From: Myxococcota bacterium
GTDB lineage: Bacteria > Myxococcota_A > UBA9160 > UBA6930
DNA: 64,000 nt
Assembly: GCA_965223415.1 (NCBI GenBank)
Contig: OZ245002.1
Span: 128,001 to 192,000, forward strand
Direction of reading: 5' to 3'
This document shows positions 40,102-50,804 of this stretch, in pieces (position 1 is the stretch's first letter; every line of letters starts with the position of its first letter). Position numbers and translations under genes: made by a program. Under the pieces are notes generated by a model, which worked only from the letters and a program-made list of their open reading frames with translations, was not told the origin of the DNA and made no database searches.

Positions 40102-41493
40102 TCAGTCGAGCTCGCTGGCCGAGCACACGCGATTGCGCCCGTTGGACTTGGCCCGGTACATCGCCTTGTCGGCCGCGTCGAGCAGCTCCTCGCGGCTGCA
40201 GCCGTGGGCCGGGTAGGCGGCGACGCCGATGCTGCAGGTTACCTGGAGGGTCACGCCGTCGCTCGCCTCGAAGGGCGTGGCCTCAACGGTATGGCGGATC
40301 CGCTCGGCGATCGTGAGGGCGACCTCCTCCTCGGTGTCGACCAGGATCACGGTGAACTCGTCGCCCCCGTAGCGGGCCACGGTATCGACCGTGCGCACGC
40401 ACTGCAGCAGCACCTGGGCGAGCTGGCGCAGGGCCCCGGAGCCGACCAGATGGCCGTGTCGATCGTTCACCAGCTTGAAGCGGTCGAGGTCGAGGAACAG
40501 GACCGAGAGCGCGCTGCCGTACCGCTCGGCCCGGCGCACCTCCCGATCCGTGGCCTCGAGCAGGTAGCGGGCGTTGTACAGGTCGGTCACGTCGTCGACG
40601 AACGCCCGCTCGCGGGCCCGGTGGTACCGCTCGGCGTTCTGCAAGGCGACCGAGGCGAAGCTCGCCACGATGGCGGCACGCGTCACCGCATCGTCCGAGA
40701 ACGGCTGCTCCGCGTCCACGATGCAGAAGAGCCCGGTCTCGGTGTCGTCGCCCCGGACCGGCACCACGAGCGCCTCGTGCACCGGCACCCGAGCCTCGCG
40801 GAGGGCGTCCACGAAGGGGCCGTCGGCATGGCGCGTGGGCCCGTCCTCGCCCTCCAGGGCCAGGCGCTTGCCTCGCACGAGCAGGTCGCGAAGCGGTGCC
40901 TCCGCCGCCTCGTCGATGCCGCGAGCGTGGAAGCCGTCCGAGCCGGGCAGGGACGAGCGCGCGTAGAGACAGAATCCGGCCCGGGCACCCATGGCCTGCA
41001 CGACCAGGTCGAGGCCCACGGCGAACACGTCCTCCGGCTCGAGGCAGGACGTCAGCGTCTTGCACGCCTCGAAGACGCTCAGCTCGTCCTGCAGACGCCG
41101 GTTCTCGGCGAGGAGGCCACGGCGTGCCATCGTGCGCTCGGCGACCAGGATCAGGTCCGCGGCGCGCACGGGCTTCTGGAGGTAGTCGGCCGCGCCCATG
41201 CGAAGCGCCTCCACGGCGCTGTCGACGGAGGCGTGGGCCGTCATCAGGACGAAGTCCGTTCCCGGGTACTGGCGCCGCACGAGCTGCAGCAGCTCGAGAC
41301 CGCTCAGCCCGGGCATCGAGAGATCCGAGAGCACGAGATCCGCCGGCTCGCGAGCCAGGGCCTCGAGCGCCTCCTGCGCATCCGCGCAGCCTTCGACCTC
41401 CGCTCGGGAGCACAGCACGTCCGTGGCCAGCTCCCGGTAGTAGCGGCTGTCGTCGACGACCAGAATACGAGGACGCGGACCGCCCTCGGCCAT
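40102..41493 (-). CDS. Response regulator-GAF-GGDEF diguanylate cyclase
   Basis: ILVVDD...LSDLSMPG receiver, GAF-like middle, DLDRFKLVND...RTVD (I-site)...RYGGDEF; SD GGAGG. Confidence 0.92.
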   Translation of the reverse strand: MAEGGPRPRILVVDDSRYYRELATDVLCSRAEVEGCADAQEALEALAREPADLVLSDLSMPGLSGLELLQLVRRQYPGTDFVLMTAHASVDSAVEALRMGAADYLQKPVRAADLILVAERTMARRGLLAENRRLQDELSVFEACKTLTSCLEPEDVFAVGLDLVVQAMGARAGFCLYARSSLPGSDGFHARGIDEAAEAPLRDLLVRGKRLALEGEDGPTRHADGPFVDALREARVPVHEALVVPVRGDDTETGLFCIVDAEQPFSDDAVTRAAIVASFASVALQNAERYHRARERAFVDDVTDLYNARYLLEATDREVRRAERYGSALSVLFLDLDRFKLVNDRHGHLVGSGALRQLAQVLLQCVRTVDTVARYGGDEFTVILVDTEEEVALTIAERIRHTVEATPFEASDGVTLQVTCSIGVAAYPAHGCSREELLDAADKAMYRAKSNGRNRVCSASELD

Positions 41494-41526
41494 GAAGCCT
41501 CCCTCGAATCCCTTCAGCTTCCCGAA

Positions 41527-41552
41527 ATCGGCGCTGCGGCCAAGCCCCTTGA
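41527..41552 (-). promoter_or_regulatory. sigma28-like promoter motif TCAAG-N15-GCCGAT
   Basis: 33 nt upstream of the DGC start codon. Confidence 0.65.
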
Positions 41553-41593
41553 GAAGGAGGGAGCTTCCCCGCGGGGAATCGATGGACGAGGTT

Positions 41594-41794
41594 GGGGCGT
41601 CTCTTGCCGGCACCGGGGCGGGGCCGGGGAGGGGGTGGCTGTTGCTTCCGCTCCTCGCTTCGAGGTGGGGCGAGGCGTTGGCCCCTGTGGCCAGGGACCG
41701 GGAGGCGTTGCACGACGAGGGCGCCGGGAAGCCAAGGAGACCAGCGGAGCGTGCCGTCACCCGCCCCCGGCCCGGTGCCCGCAAGAGACGCCCC
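41594..41794. repeat. 201-nt intergenic element with 35-bp imperfect terminal inverted repeats (MITE-like or structured ncRNA)
   Basis: 41594-41628 is complementary to 41760-41794 at 32 of 35 positions, starting GGGGCGTCTCTTGC; additional internal stems. Confidence 0.65.
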
Positions 41795-41810
41795 GAAAGA
41801 AATCCCCGGC

Positions 41811-43295
41811 TCAGTGCCCAGCGTCCGCCAGCTCCAGGCTCTTCTTCGGCGTCACCGCCGCCCACGACCTACCAGCATCCTCCGAGCGCAGGACCATGCC
41901 GCGCTGGCCGACGATGTAGCCCGTGTCCCCCTGGAAGGAGACGTCGCGCATGAAGGTGAAGATGGTGCGGAAGATGGGGTCGGATGATTCCTGCCAGGTC
42001 TTGCCGCCGTCTCCGGTCAGCCGGATGAGCCCCTTCTCGCCCACGACCACCGCCTTCTCGCCGGAGAAGGGGTGGACCGAGAAGATCGCCTGCTTGCGGC
42101 CGATGTCCTCGTAGGTCCAGGTGCGACCCCCGTCGTGGCTGCGCAACACCACGCCGCCCAGGCCGGAGATGTAGCCGTCGTTCTCGTCGGCGAAGCGAAC
42201 GCTGAAGAGGTAGGGGTTCTGGGCGATGGTCACCTCGATCTGCGGCTGGTCGGCGGTGCGGCCGTCGAAGTAACGCTTCAGGAACTCCGGATCGTCCTCG
42301 AGGAAGTCCTCGTAGTCCCAGGGCGGCGCGCCGCGGCGGCGGATGCGGTCCGACAGGACGCCGGCGTCCTCGATCGCGGACTGCACCTCCTGGGTGCGTG
42401 CCTCGATGATCTCGAACAGCGGGAAGGGATCCGACTCCTTGCCGAAGGCCCTCACCTCGGCCGCCGAGACCCGCGGCTGGATCGCGATGTTCAGGTGCTG
42501 CTGGTCGGCGATCTGCTGGGCAAAGTTGCCGATGGTCGCCTTGTCGTCGTCGGTGATCTCGATCGAGTTGTAGGCGAGAGGGATCGGGTCGACCTTCACC
42601 CCCGAGAGGATCTCGCCTCGCTCCCAGCTATCGGCGCCGTCCTCGCTCCGGAAGAGATAGGCGAACTCGCCGATGATCCAGCAGTGCTCGGAGTTCGAGG
42701 CCAGGCAGGAGACGTCGTTCAGCCCGACGTCCTCGAACACGGCCTCGCCGTTGCGCACGCGCTCCTGGTCGAAGATCGAGAGCCACACGAACTGGGGATG
42801 GGTCTCGTCGACGGTGAGCGAATCGTCACGCCAGGTCTTGCCGCCGTCCTTGGTGACGATGATCGTGCCCCACTCACCGACGGCCACGGCCCGCAGCGGA
42901 TCGATGGCCTGCACCGAGAACAGGTGGACGCCCTGCTCGTCCTTCGGCGTGCTCTGCTGGCTCCAGGTCTGACCGCCGTCGTCCGTGTAGAGCACGAGGC
43001 CGAGCTGGCCGACCGCCCAGCCGACCTTGTCGTCGGCCATGCTGATGTCGTAGATCAGGCTCTTGGTGGGCGTCGTCGCCTTGCTCCAGCTCGCGCCACC
43101 ATCGGTGCTGCGGTAGATCGCGCCCCAGTAGCCGGAAGCCAGCACGTTGTCACCGGACACGACCGACACCGCGAACAGATCGTCGAGGATGTCGATCTGG
43201 CCCGAGGCGGTACGCGGTTCGAAGTGGACCTCGTGACAGGCCACGCTGAACAGCAGGCTGGCGGCCAGCAGGGGGAGGACGCGGCGGTGGCGCAT
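41811..43295 (-). CDS. YCF48-like BNR/Asp-box beta-propeller lipoprotein with internal insertion
   Basis: Lipobox SVAC; repeated (S/T)xDGGx(S/T)W boxes and AVGxxG strands. Confidence 0.85.
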   Translation of the reverse strand: MRHRRVLPLLAASLLFSVACHEVHFEPRTASGQIDILDDLFAVSVVSGDNVLASGYWGAIYRSTDGGASWSKATTPTKSLIYDISMADDKVGWAVGQLGLVLYTDDGGQTWSQQSTPKDEQGVHLFSVQAIDPLRAVAVGEWGTIIVTKDGGKTWRDDSLTVDETHPQFVWLSIFDQERVRNGEAVFEDVGLNDVSCLASNSEHCWIIGEFAYLFRSEDGADSWERGEILSGVKVDPIPLAYNSIEITDDDKATIGNFAQQIADQQHLNIAIQPRVSAAEVRAFGKESDPFPLFEIIEARTQEVQSAIEDAGVLSDRIRRRGAPPWDYEDFLEDDPEFLKRYFDGRTADQPQIEVTIAQNPYLFSVRFADENDGYISGLGGVVLRSHDGGRTWTYEDIGRKQAIFSVHPFSGEKAVVVGEKGLIRLTGDGGKTWQESSDPIFRTIFTFMRDVSFQGDTGYIVGQRGMVLRSEDAGRSWAAVTPKKSLELADAGH

Positions 43296-43412
43296 GGTCG
43301 TTGCCCTTTCGAACGGTGAGCCGGAGTGGCAGGACGGCCAGGATCTGGACGGAGCATGCTACCACGCCCCGCCCCAGGGGACACCAGCCGGCGCCCGACG
43401 GATTCGCCCGCA

Positions 43413-43466
43413 GCCGAACGTGAACGGGCCGGGACCCTGTGGGTCCCGGCCCGCACGGCGTTCGGC
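43413..43466. repeat. Long imperfect hairpin downstream of the DUF1329 gene
   Basis: Core CGGGCCGGGACCC-TGT-GGGTCCCGGCCCG (13 bp) closed by GCCGAACG/CGTTCGGC. Confidence 0.55.
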
Positions 43467-43501
43467 CGCTCGGCCCCGGGGGCCGAGCCGAGCCGGAGCC
43501 C

Positions 43502-44830
43502 CTAGCGGCCCTTGGTCAGGCGGCCGACGTCGATGTAGCGCCGGATCTTGCCCTTGCTCTTGAGCGGCGTGCCGTGGCTGCTCCAGAACTCGATCCGGTT
43601 GCCCGTGCCCGTCTGGACGTTCACGATCATGTCGCTGACCACGCGGATGTCCCGGGGCTCGGGCACCGCCTCCCAGCCCGCGTACCACCTGCCCTCCGGC
43701 TTGTCCGCGTCGCCCGGGAGGTTGTCCTCACTCCAGCGGTGGTTGTGGGTGATGATCTTCCACAGCTCGTTCTTGCGGTCGTAGGCGAAGGAGTAGAGTG
43801 GCGTGTAGGTCTGCTGGTCGATGTAGATGTCCTTGTGGTGGTACGGGTGGTCCGCGTTGTTCGGCACGAAGCGGATCTTGTAGGCCTTGCGCAGCTCCCA
43901 GCGGTCGTCCGCGTAGGAGAGCCCATAGGGACCGAAGTTGTGGTCCTCGGAGTAGGGATAGGGCTCCACCCTCGAGTTCATCGGAGCCAGGATCTCGGCT
44001 TCGCCGAGGCACTCCCACTCGTACTGGGGCACGATGCCGGAGAAGCTGCGCAGGTCGTCGAAGGTGAAGTCCGTCCCCGAGACCGCGTCGGTCCGCTGGG
44101 CCGAGGAGACCCGGCGCACGCGCCGCAGCGTCGGCACGTAGACCCAGGTGTCGTCGTTCTTGGTCTGGGCCTCCGGGTTGTCCGACTCCTTGTAGCGGTA
44201 GGTCATGAGCATGATGCCGCGGGCGTCGAAGGGCGCGTCGACCTCGACCCCGAAGGCGGTCTTGCGCTTCTCGCCCCGGAAGAGATCCCCGTTGTCCTTG
44301 TCGAGGATCTCCTTCTCGACCCGGTGCGAGAGCACGATCGTCTTCGACGTCCCGTCGTAGTAGAGCGGCAGCTCTTCGCCGCGATCCCAGTAGGAGTAGT
44401 GGTACTGGGAGTTCGCCCCGTCGCCCTCCCACTGGTAGTCGAAGTTCCAGATGATCTTCTTGCCGGCGTCCGGGTCGCCCTTGCAGTCGATCTTCTCCGG
44501 GAAGGGGCGACCAGCAGTGAAGCTGGCGAGGCTGGCCTCGGGCCCGAGCTTGGCCTGGCCCTTGTAGCGCTCGGTGGCGGCCGAATAGGCCGGGGCCTCG
44601 CTGTAGTCACGATGGAAGGGACCGATCTCGAGCTGCATCCCCTCGTAGAAGAAGAAGTCCCGGTTGGCCCAGAACTCCTCCGGAAGGAACGGCTTGAGCG
44701 ACTCCACCTTGTCGTTGGTGATGACGTCGCCTTCGGCGAAGGTGGGTGCGCCGGCCGACGTGTCCTCCTGGGCCGAGGCAACGAGAGGCAGCCCGAGGGC
44801 CGCGCACAGGACGATCAGGAAACGGGTCAT
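43502..44830 (-). CDS. DUF1329-family exported protein
   Basis: Signal peptide; AGRPFP, IIWNF, DDTWVYVPTLRRVRR, RWELRK, ELWK motifs; adjacent to a YCF48-like gene. Confidence 0.8.
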   Translation of the reverse strand: MTRFLIVLCAALGLPLVASAQEDTSAGAPTFAEGDVITNDKVESLKPFLPEEFWANRDFFFYEGMQLEIGPFHRDYSEAPAYSAATERYKGQAKLGPEASLASFTAGRPFPEKIDCKGDPDAGKKIIWNFDYQWEGDGANSQYHYSYWDRGEELPLYYDGTSKTIVLSHRVEKEILDKDNGDLFRGEKRKTAFGVEVDAPFDARGIMLMTYRYKESDNPEAQTKNDDTWVYVPTLRRVRRVSSAQRTDAVSGTDFTFDDLRSFSGIVPQYEWECLGEAEILAPMNSRVEPYPYSEDHNFGPYGLSYADDRWELRKAYKIRFVPNNADHPYHHKDIYIDQQTYTPLYSFAYDRKNELWKIITHNHRWSEDNLPGDADKPEGRWYAGWEAVPEPRDIRVVSDMIVNVQTGTGNRIEFWSSHGTPLKSKGKIRRYIDVGRLTKGR

Positions 44831-44945
44831 GTGAGTCCCCCTTTGGTGGACGGAGGGGCAGCGGGCACCTCCGCCCGGGTTCAACCTACCAGAGGGACCC
44901 CTCGCGTGGTGGATCCGTTTCGCGGCCACTAGCGTCCTGCGCGAC

Positions 44946-46253
44946 ATGCAGCGGCCCGACCAGCTCCCCCACCCGACGCTCGGCGAGCGCATCGCCGCAG
45001 GGCTCGGGCAGCTGGCGCGTGTGACGGGCCTCACGGCCCTTGCCGGATGGCTGCGCCTGGCCGGGAAGGCGCGTGCGGGTGCGATCCCCGCCGCGCTTCC
45101 GTCGCTCCTCGGCCGGCTGAAGGGTCCCTTTGCAAAAGTGGGCCAGCTCGCCGCAGTGCGGGTCGATGCCCTCGACCCGGCCACACGGGAAGCGCTCGTC
45201 TCCCTGCGTGACGAGGTTCCCGCTGTACCGTTCTGGCGCATCCGCCGGGTGATCGAACGTGAGCTCGGCGCTCCCCTGGCCCGCCACTTTGCCGCCGTCG
45301 ACCCGGAGCCGGTGGGCGCCGCCTCCATCGCCCAGGTGCATCGGGCACGGCTACTGAACGGCCGGACGGTCGTGATCAAGGTGCAGTATCCCTGGCTGGC
45401 CCGTTCGGTCGGCGTGGACCTGGCGATCCTCCGGCACGTCCTGGGGCGTGTGGCGCCGTCCGATCGGGCCGGCGCCGCCTTCGCCGAGTTCGCCCGCGGC
45501 TACCGCAAGGAGCTCGATTTCACCCGCGAAGCCGCCATGGCGGCGGAGATCGCCGCCAACCTCTCGGCCGACGTCAGGCTCCTGGTCCCCGAGGTGCTGG
45601 CGCCGCTCTCCACCCGGCGGGTTCTGACCATGCTCGAGGTACCCGCCCTCTCCCTCCAGGACCCGGCGGCCCTGGCCGCTCGCGGCATCCCCATGGCCCC
45701 GGTCCTGGAGACGATCGTCGCCGCCTACGCCAAGCAGATGTTCGTCGACGGCCTCTTCCACGCGGATCCCCATCCGGGCAACCTCTTGGTGGTCGACGAG
45801 CCCGAGGCGACCCAGCACCCCCGCGTCCTGTTCGTCGACTTCGGGCTCTCGGAGCGCCTCGACCCCACCCTCCGCCGCGAGGTGCGACAGGGCATCTACG
45901 CCCTCCTCCAGAACGACCTCGAGGGTTTCCTCGCCGGCATGGAGCGCATGGAGATGATCGCGCCCGGCGGCCGGCCCGCCGTCCAGGCGGCCGTCGCCTC
46001 GATGTTCGAGCGGATTCGCGGCGAAGAGGGCGGACCCACCGCGATGAGCAGCGACCGGGTCCTCGCCCTGAAGGACGAGGCGAGCGCGCTCCTGTTCGAG
46101 ACGCCGGGGCTCACGCTCCCGGTTCCTCTTCTCCTGTTCGCGAAGACGCTTTCCTATGTGTTCGCACTGGGGCGGGAGGTGGCGCCGGACGTCGACCTGA
46201 TGCGGCTCACCGTGCCCTTCTTGCTGCGCTTCCTGGCCGAGAAGGAGGAGTAG
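44946..46253 (+). CDS. ABC1/UbiB-family atypical kinase
   Basis: AKVGQ, GAASIAQVHRA, VIKVQYP, ELDFTREA, FHADPHPGN, VDFG. Confidence 0.92.
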   Translation: MQRPDQLPHPTLGERIAAGLGQLARVTGLTALAGWLRLAGKARAGAIPAALPSLLGRLKGPFAKVGQLAAVRVDALDPATREALVSLRDEVPAVPFWRIRRVIERELGAPLARHFAAVDPEPVGAASIAQVHRARLLNGRTVVIKVQYPWLARSVGVDLAILRHVLGRVAPSDRAGAAFAEFARGYRKELDFTREAAMAAEIAANLSADVRLLVPEVLAPLSTRRVLTMLEVPALSLQDPAALAARGIPMAPVLETIVAAYAKQMFVDGLFHADPHPGNLLVVDEPEATQHPRVLFVDFGLSERLDPTLRREVRQGIYALLQNDLEGFLAGMERMEMIAPGGRPAVQAAVASMFERIRGEEGGPTAMSSDRVLALKDEASALLFETPGLTLPVPLLLFAKTLSYVFALGREVAPDVDLMRLTVPFLLRFLAEKEE

Positions 46254-46267
46254 AGGCGGCCGGCGCC

Positions 46268-47476
<1,209 letters not shown>

Positions 47477-47599
47477 GGTCGTTCTCCTCGGGCCGCGGAG
47501 ACACCCGCTTGGGTCGGGTCCTCCGGTGGCAAACCGTCGGAGTCTAACGGAGGCCCGCGGGGCCGGTCACCGTCCCCGTTCCGGGAGACGGGGCGCGGA

Positions 47600-48553
47600 T
47601 CAGTGTCCCCGGTCGGGGACGCGCAGCACCGTGGTGCGGCCGAGGCGCGGGTGGACGTAGCCGTGGACCTGCGCACCGAGGGCGACCAGGCGATCCGCGA
47701 GGCCGCCCTCCTCCTCGAAGGGCGTATCGAAGCTCCCCTCCCGGGCCGTCTCGCACAGCGACACCACCAACGGGCTGGCGTCGGCCTCGTCCAGCCGGCG
47801 AACGCCGAGGGTGATCCGGGCGGGGGCGGCAGCCGTCGCGAGGCGGGCCTCGACCATTCCGCGCAGTGCGGCTTCGAGGCCGGGACCGTCCCCCCCGAAG
47901 CCCGCCAGGGTGGTAGGGGCAAGGAGCTGGAGCTGCGTGCCGCACGCCCCGGCGCGCTCCGCCACCGCGTCGGCCACCTGCCGGACGACCTGGGCGGGAT
48001 CGAAGGGCTCGCTCCGCATCTCGGGCTGCTTGCCCGCCAGGACCGTGGAGATCTCGTCGAGGCTCTTGCGCAGGCGCTCGATGCCGCGCAACGCCTCCTC
48101 CAGCCGGGCGCGGTGACCGGGGTTGCGGCGGCCGCCGGTCTCCTCCAGGAGCATCTCGAGGCACCCCGCCAGCTCGTCGATCGGGCGGTCGAGCTCGCGG
48201 CGCGCGCGCATCAGCTGCTCGCCGCCGGGCTGCTCCTCGGTGAGCAGCACGACGACGCCGACCTGCTCGCCCTGGCTCGCGATGGGTGAGACCACCGCGC
48301 ACCAGCCGACGCCGACTGCGTCCCGGATGCGGCAGCGGACGCTGGCGCCCTCCGCGCAGACGGAGGCAACGGCGCGCAGCATGGCCTCGCGGGCGCCGCC
48401 CTCGAACAGCTCGGCCAGGGGCGTCCCCAGCACGAGCTCCCCGTCGACGCCGAAGCAGCGTTCGAAAGCCGGGTTGAGATGGACGGCGTTGGCGTCCGGA
48501 TCGCCGACCAGGACCGGCGAATCCATGTGGTCGATGAGCGCTGCGTCACTCAA
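47600..48553 (-). CDS. PAS-domain protein with degenerate histidine-kinase-like domain
   Basis: TTG overlaps the upstream stop; IDHMDSPVLVGD...LNPAFERCFG PAS; RRELDRPIDELAGCLEML in place of an H-box; eroded HATPase. Confidence 0.65.
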   Translation of the reverse strand: MSDAALIDHMDSPVLVGDPDANAVHLNPAFERCFGVDGELVLGTPLAELFEGGAREAMLRAVASVCAEGASVRCRIRDAVGVGWCAVVSPIASQGEQVGVVVLLTEEQPGGEQLMRARRELDRPIDELAGCLEMLLEETGGRRNPGHRARLEEALRGIERLRKSLDEISTVLAGKQPEMRSEPFDPAQVVRQVADAVAERAGACGTQLQLLAPTTLAGFGGDGPGLEAALRGMVEARLATAAAPARITLGVRRLDEADASPLVVSLCETAREGSFDTPFEEEGGLADRLVALGAQVHGYVHPRLGRTTVLRVPDRGH

Positions 48554-49176
48554 TCCCGGACTCCGACGATGCCGGACTCGAGCAGGCGTCCGAGGGTGTG
48601 ATAGGTCTCGAAGGGGTCCATCCCGCTCACCGCCACCAGGTCCTCGACCGGCGTCTGGCCGTCGATGCGGGAGATCAGGAAGCCCGCGCCGGGGGGCAGG
48701 TTGAACTTCATGAGCTCCTCGCCGGCCACCTCGACGATCGGGACGGAGGAGACCGAGCCGACGCGCATGATCACGTCGTCCACCAGGTGGGTGCGCAGCA
48801 GCTCGATCAACGCCAGGCTCTCGAGCTCGCTGGCGACGTCCATCGAGGTCGTCGTGAGGAGCTGGTAGGCGTCGTCCACGAGACCACCCGAGAGGAGCTC
48901 CAGGGCTTCCTCGCGCAGCTCCTCGGCGTCGAGCTCGGCGGGCGGCTGGCAGCCCGGCCCGGCGGCGTCGGAATCGGGCCCGTCGTCCTGCACCGCCAGG
49001 GCGGGCGTGGGCGACTCGCCCATCTGGGCGAGGTAGTCCAGGGCCGCCTCGTGATTGGGCGCGATGGCCAACACCTGCAGCCAGCACTCGACCGCCTGGT
49101 TCCGCTCGCCCGCGGCCATGTGATCCAGGCCCTGGGCCAGCAACCGGGACACGGACCTGGGAGCGCCGTCGCTCAT
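48550..49176 (-). CDS. Hypothetical TPR / winged-helix-like protein
   Basis: N-terminal TPR (AVECWLQVLAIAPNHEAALDYL); C-terminal GFLISRIDGQTPVEDL...LGRLLESGIV. Confidence 0.65.
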   Translation of the reverse strand: MSDGAPRSVSRLLAQGLDHMAAGERNQAVECWLQVLAIAPNHEAALDYLAQMGESPTPALAVQDDGPDSDAAGPGCQPPAELDAEELREEALELLSGGLVDDAYQLLTTTSMDVASELESLALIELLRTHLVDDVIMRVGSVSSVPIVEVAGEELMKFNLPPGAGFLISRIDGQTPVEDLVAVSGMDPFETYHTLGRLLESGIVGVRD

Positions 49177-49178
49177 TC

Positions 49179-50780
49179 CTACTCCTTGACGCCGATCTGC
49201 GTCGACCCGATCTCCTTCAACTGGACCTCGTAGAGCTCCTGCTCCTCGATGATCTGCTGGATCTCGTCGTCGGAGAGGGTCCCGGTGGCGTTCACCGTGA
49301 TCGACTGCTCCTTGCCGGTCATCGTGTCGCGCGCCGAGACGCTGACGATGCCGTTCGCATCGATGTCGAAGGAGACGTCGATCTCCGGCTCGCCCTTGCG
49401 GGCCGGCCGGATCCCGCCGAGCACGAACTCGCCCAGGAGATCGTTCTCGGCCGCCGTCTCGCTCTCACCCTGGAGGACGCGGATCTTCACCGCCGACTGG
49501 TTGTCGCGGGTCGTCGTGAAGATGTGGCTCTTGCAGACCGGCACCGTGGTGTTGCGCTCGATCAGCCGCGCGAAGTGTCCGCCGAAGGTGGCGATGCCCA
49601 GGGAGAGCGGCGTCACGTCGAGCAGAAGCAGGTTGTCGTCCTCGGACACCAGCGTCTCGCCCTGGATGGCCGCGCCGATGGCGACCACCTCGTCCGGGTT
49701 CACGCCCTTGTGGGGGCGCTTGCCGAAGTACTCGGCGACCCGGTTCTGGACCAGGGGCGCGCGGGTCTGGCCACCGACCAGGATGACCTGGTCGATCTGG
49801 TCCCGCGTGACGGCCGCGTCCTGCATGCACTGCTCGACGGTCTTGAGCGTGCCCTCGACGATGTCGGCCACCAGGCCCTCGAGGGTCTCCCGATCGAGCT
49901 CCACCGAGAGGTGGCGCGGGCCCGAGTCATCGCTGGCGATGAAGGGCAGGTTGATCTCGGCGCCCTCCCGGGAGGAGAGATCGCACTTCGCCTTCTCGGC
50001 CGCGTCCTTCAGCCGCTGCAGCGCCATGGCGTCGCCGCGCAGGTCGATGCCCTCCTGCTCCTGGAAGCGCTGGAGAAGGTGGTCGACGATGCGCCGGTCG
50101 AAGTCCTCGCCGCCGAGGAAGGTGTTGCCGGCGGTGGCGATCACCTCGACCACGCCGTCGCTCATCTCGAGGATCGAGATGTCGAAGGTGCCGCCGCCCA
50201 GGTCGTAGATGGCGACCTTCTCCTCCTCGTTGCGGTTGAAACCGTAGGCCAGCGCCGCCGCGGTGGGCTCGTTCAGGATGCGCAGCACGTCCAGGCCGGC
50301 GATCTTGCCCGCGTCCTTCGTGCACTGGCGCTGGGCGTCGTTGAAGTAGGCGGGGACCGTGATCACCGCTTCCTGGACGGGCTCGCCCAGGTACTCCTCC
50401 GCGACCCGCTTCATCTCGCGCAGGATGAAGGCCGAGAGCTCCGGACAGGTGAAGGTCTTGCCGGAGACCTCGACCCGCACGTCCTCGTTCGGCCCCTCGA
50501 CGATGGCGTAAGGCGTGACGTCGATCGCCCGCTGCACTTCGTCCGAGTCGAAGCGGCGACCGATCAGCCGCTTCGCGGCGTAGACCGTGCTTGGCGCGTT
50601 GGTGATCGCCTGGCGCTTGGCCAGGTGCCCGACGAGACGCTTGCCGTCCTGGGTGATCGCGAACATCGACGGCGTTGTCTTGTAGCCGCCGGCGTTGGGG
50701 ATCACGCTGGGCTGCCCGTTCTCCAGCACCGCGACGCAGGAGTTGGTCGTTCCCAGATCGATTCCGATGACATGACCCAT
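49179..50780 (-). CDS. dnaK: Hsp70/DnaK paralog lacking most of the C-terminal lid (533 aa)
   Basis: [30 protein letters not shown], linker [12 protein letters not shown]; ends shortly after [10 protein letters not shown]. Confidence 0.9.
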   Translation of the reverse strand: MGHVIGIDLGTTNSCVAVLENGQPSVIPNAGGYKTTPSMFAITQDGKRLVGHLAKRQAITNAPSTVYAAKRLIGRRFDSDEVQRAIDVTPYAIVEGPNEDVRVEVSGKTFTCPELSAFILREMKRVAEEYLGEPVQEAVITVPAYFNDAQRQCTKDAGKIAGLDVLRILNEPTAAALAYGFNRNEEEKVAIYDLGGGTFDISILEMSDGVVEVIATAGNTFLGGEDFDRRIVDHLLQRFQEQEGIDLRGDAMALQRLKDAAEKAKCDLSSREGAEINLPFIASDDSGPRHLSVELDRETLEGLVADIVEGTLKTVEQCMQDAAVTRDQIDQVILVGGQTRAPLVQNRVAEYFGKRPHKGVNPDEVVAIGAAIQGETLVSEDDNLLLLDVTPLSLGIATFGGHFARLIERNTTVPVCKSHIFTTTRDNQSAVKIRVLQGESETAAENDLLGEFVLGGIRPARKGEPEIDVSFDIDANGIVSVSARDTMTGKEQSITVNATGTLSDDEIQQIIEEQELYEVQLKEIGSTQIGVKE

Positions 50781-50804
50781 GGGTCCCCTCCAGAAGCGAA
50801 CGCG

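Noticed and set aside
41594..41794. Retron msr-msd, tmRNA, RNase P or SRP identity for the inverted-repeat element
   Set aside because: No reverse transcriptase nearby, and none of the diagnostic conserved sequences of those RNAs could be found.
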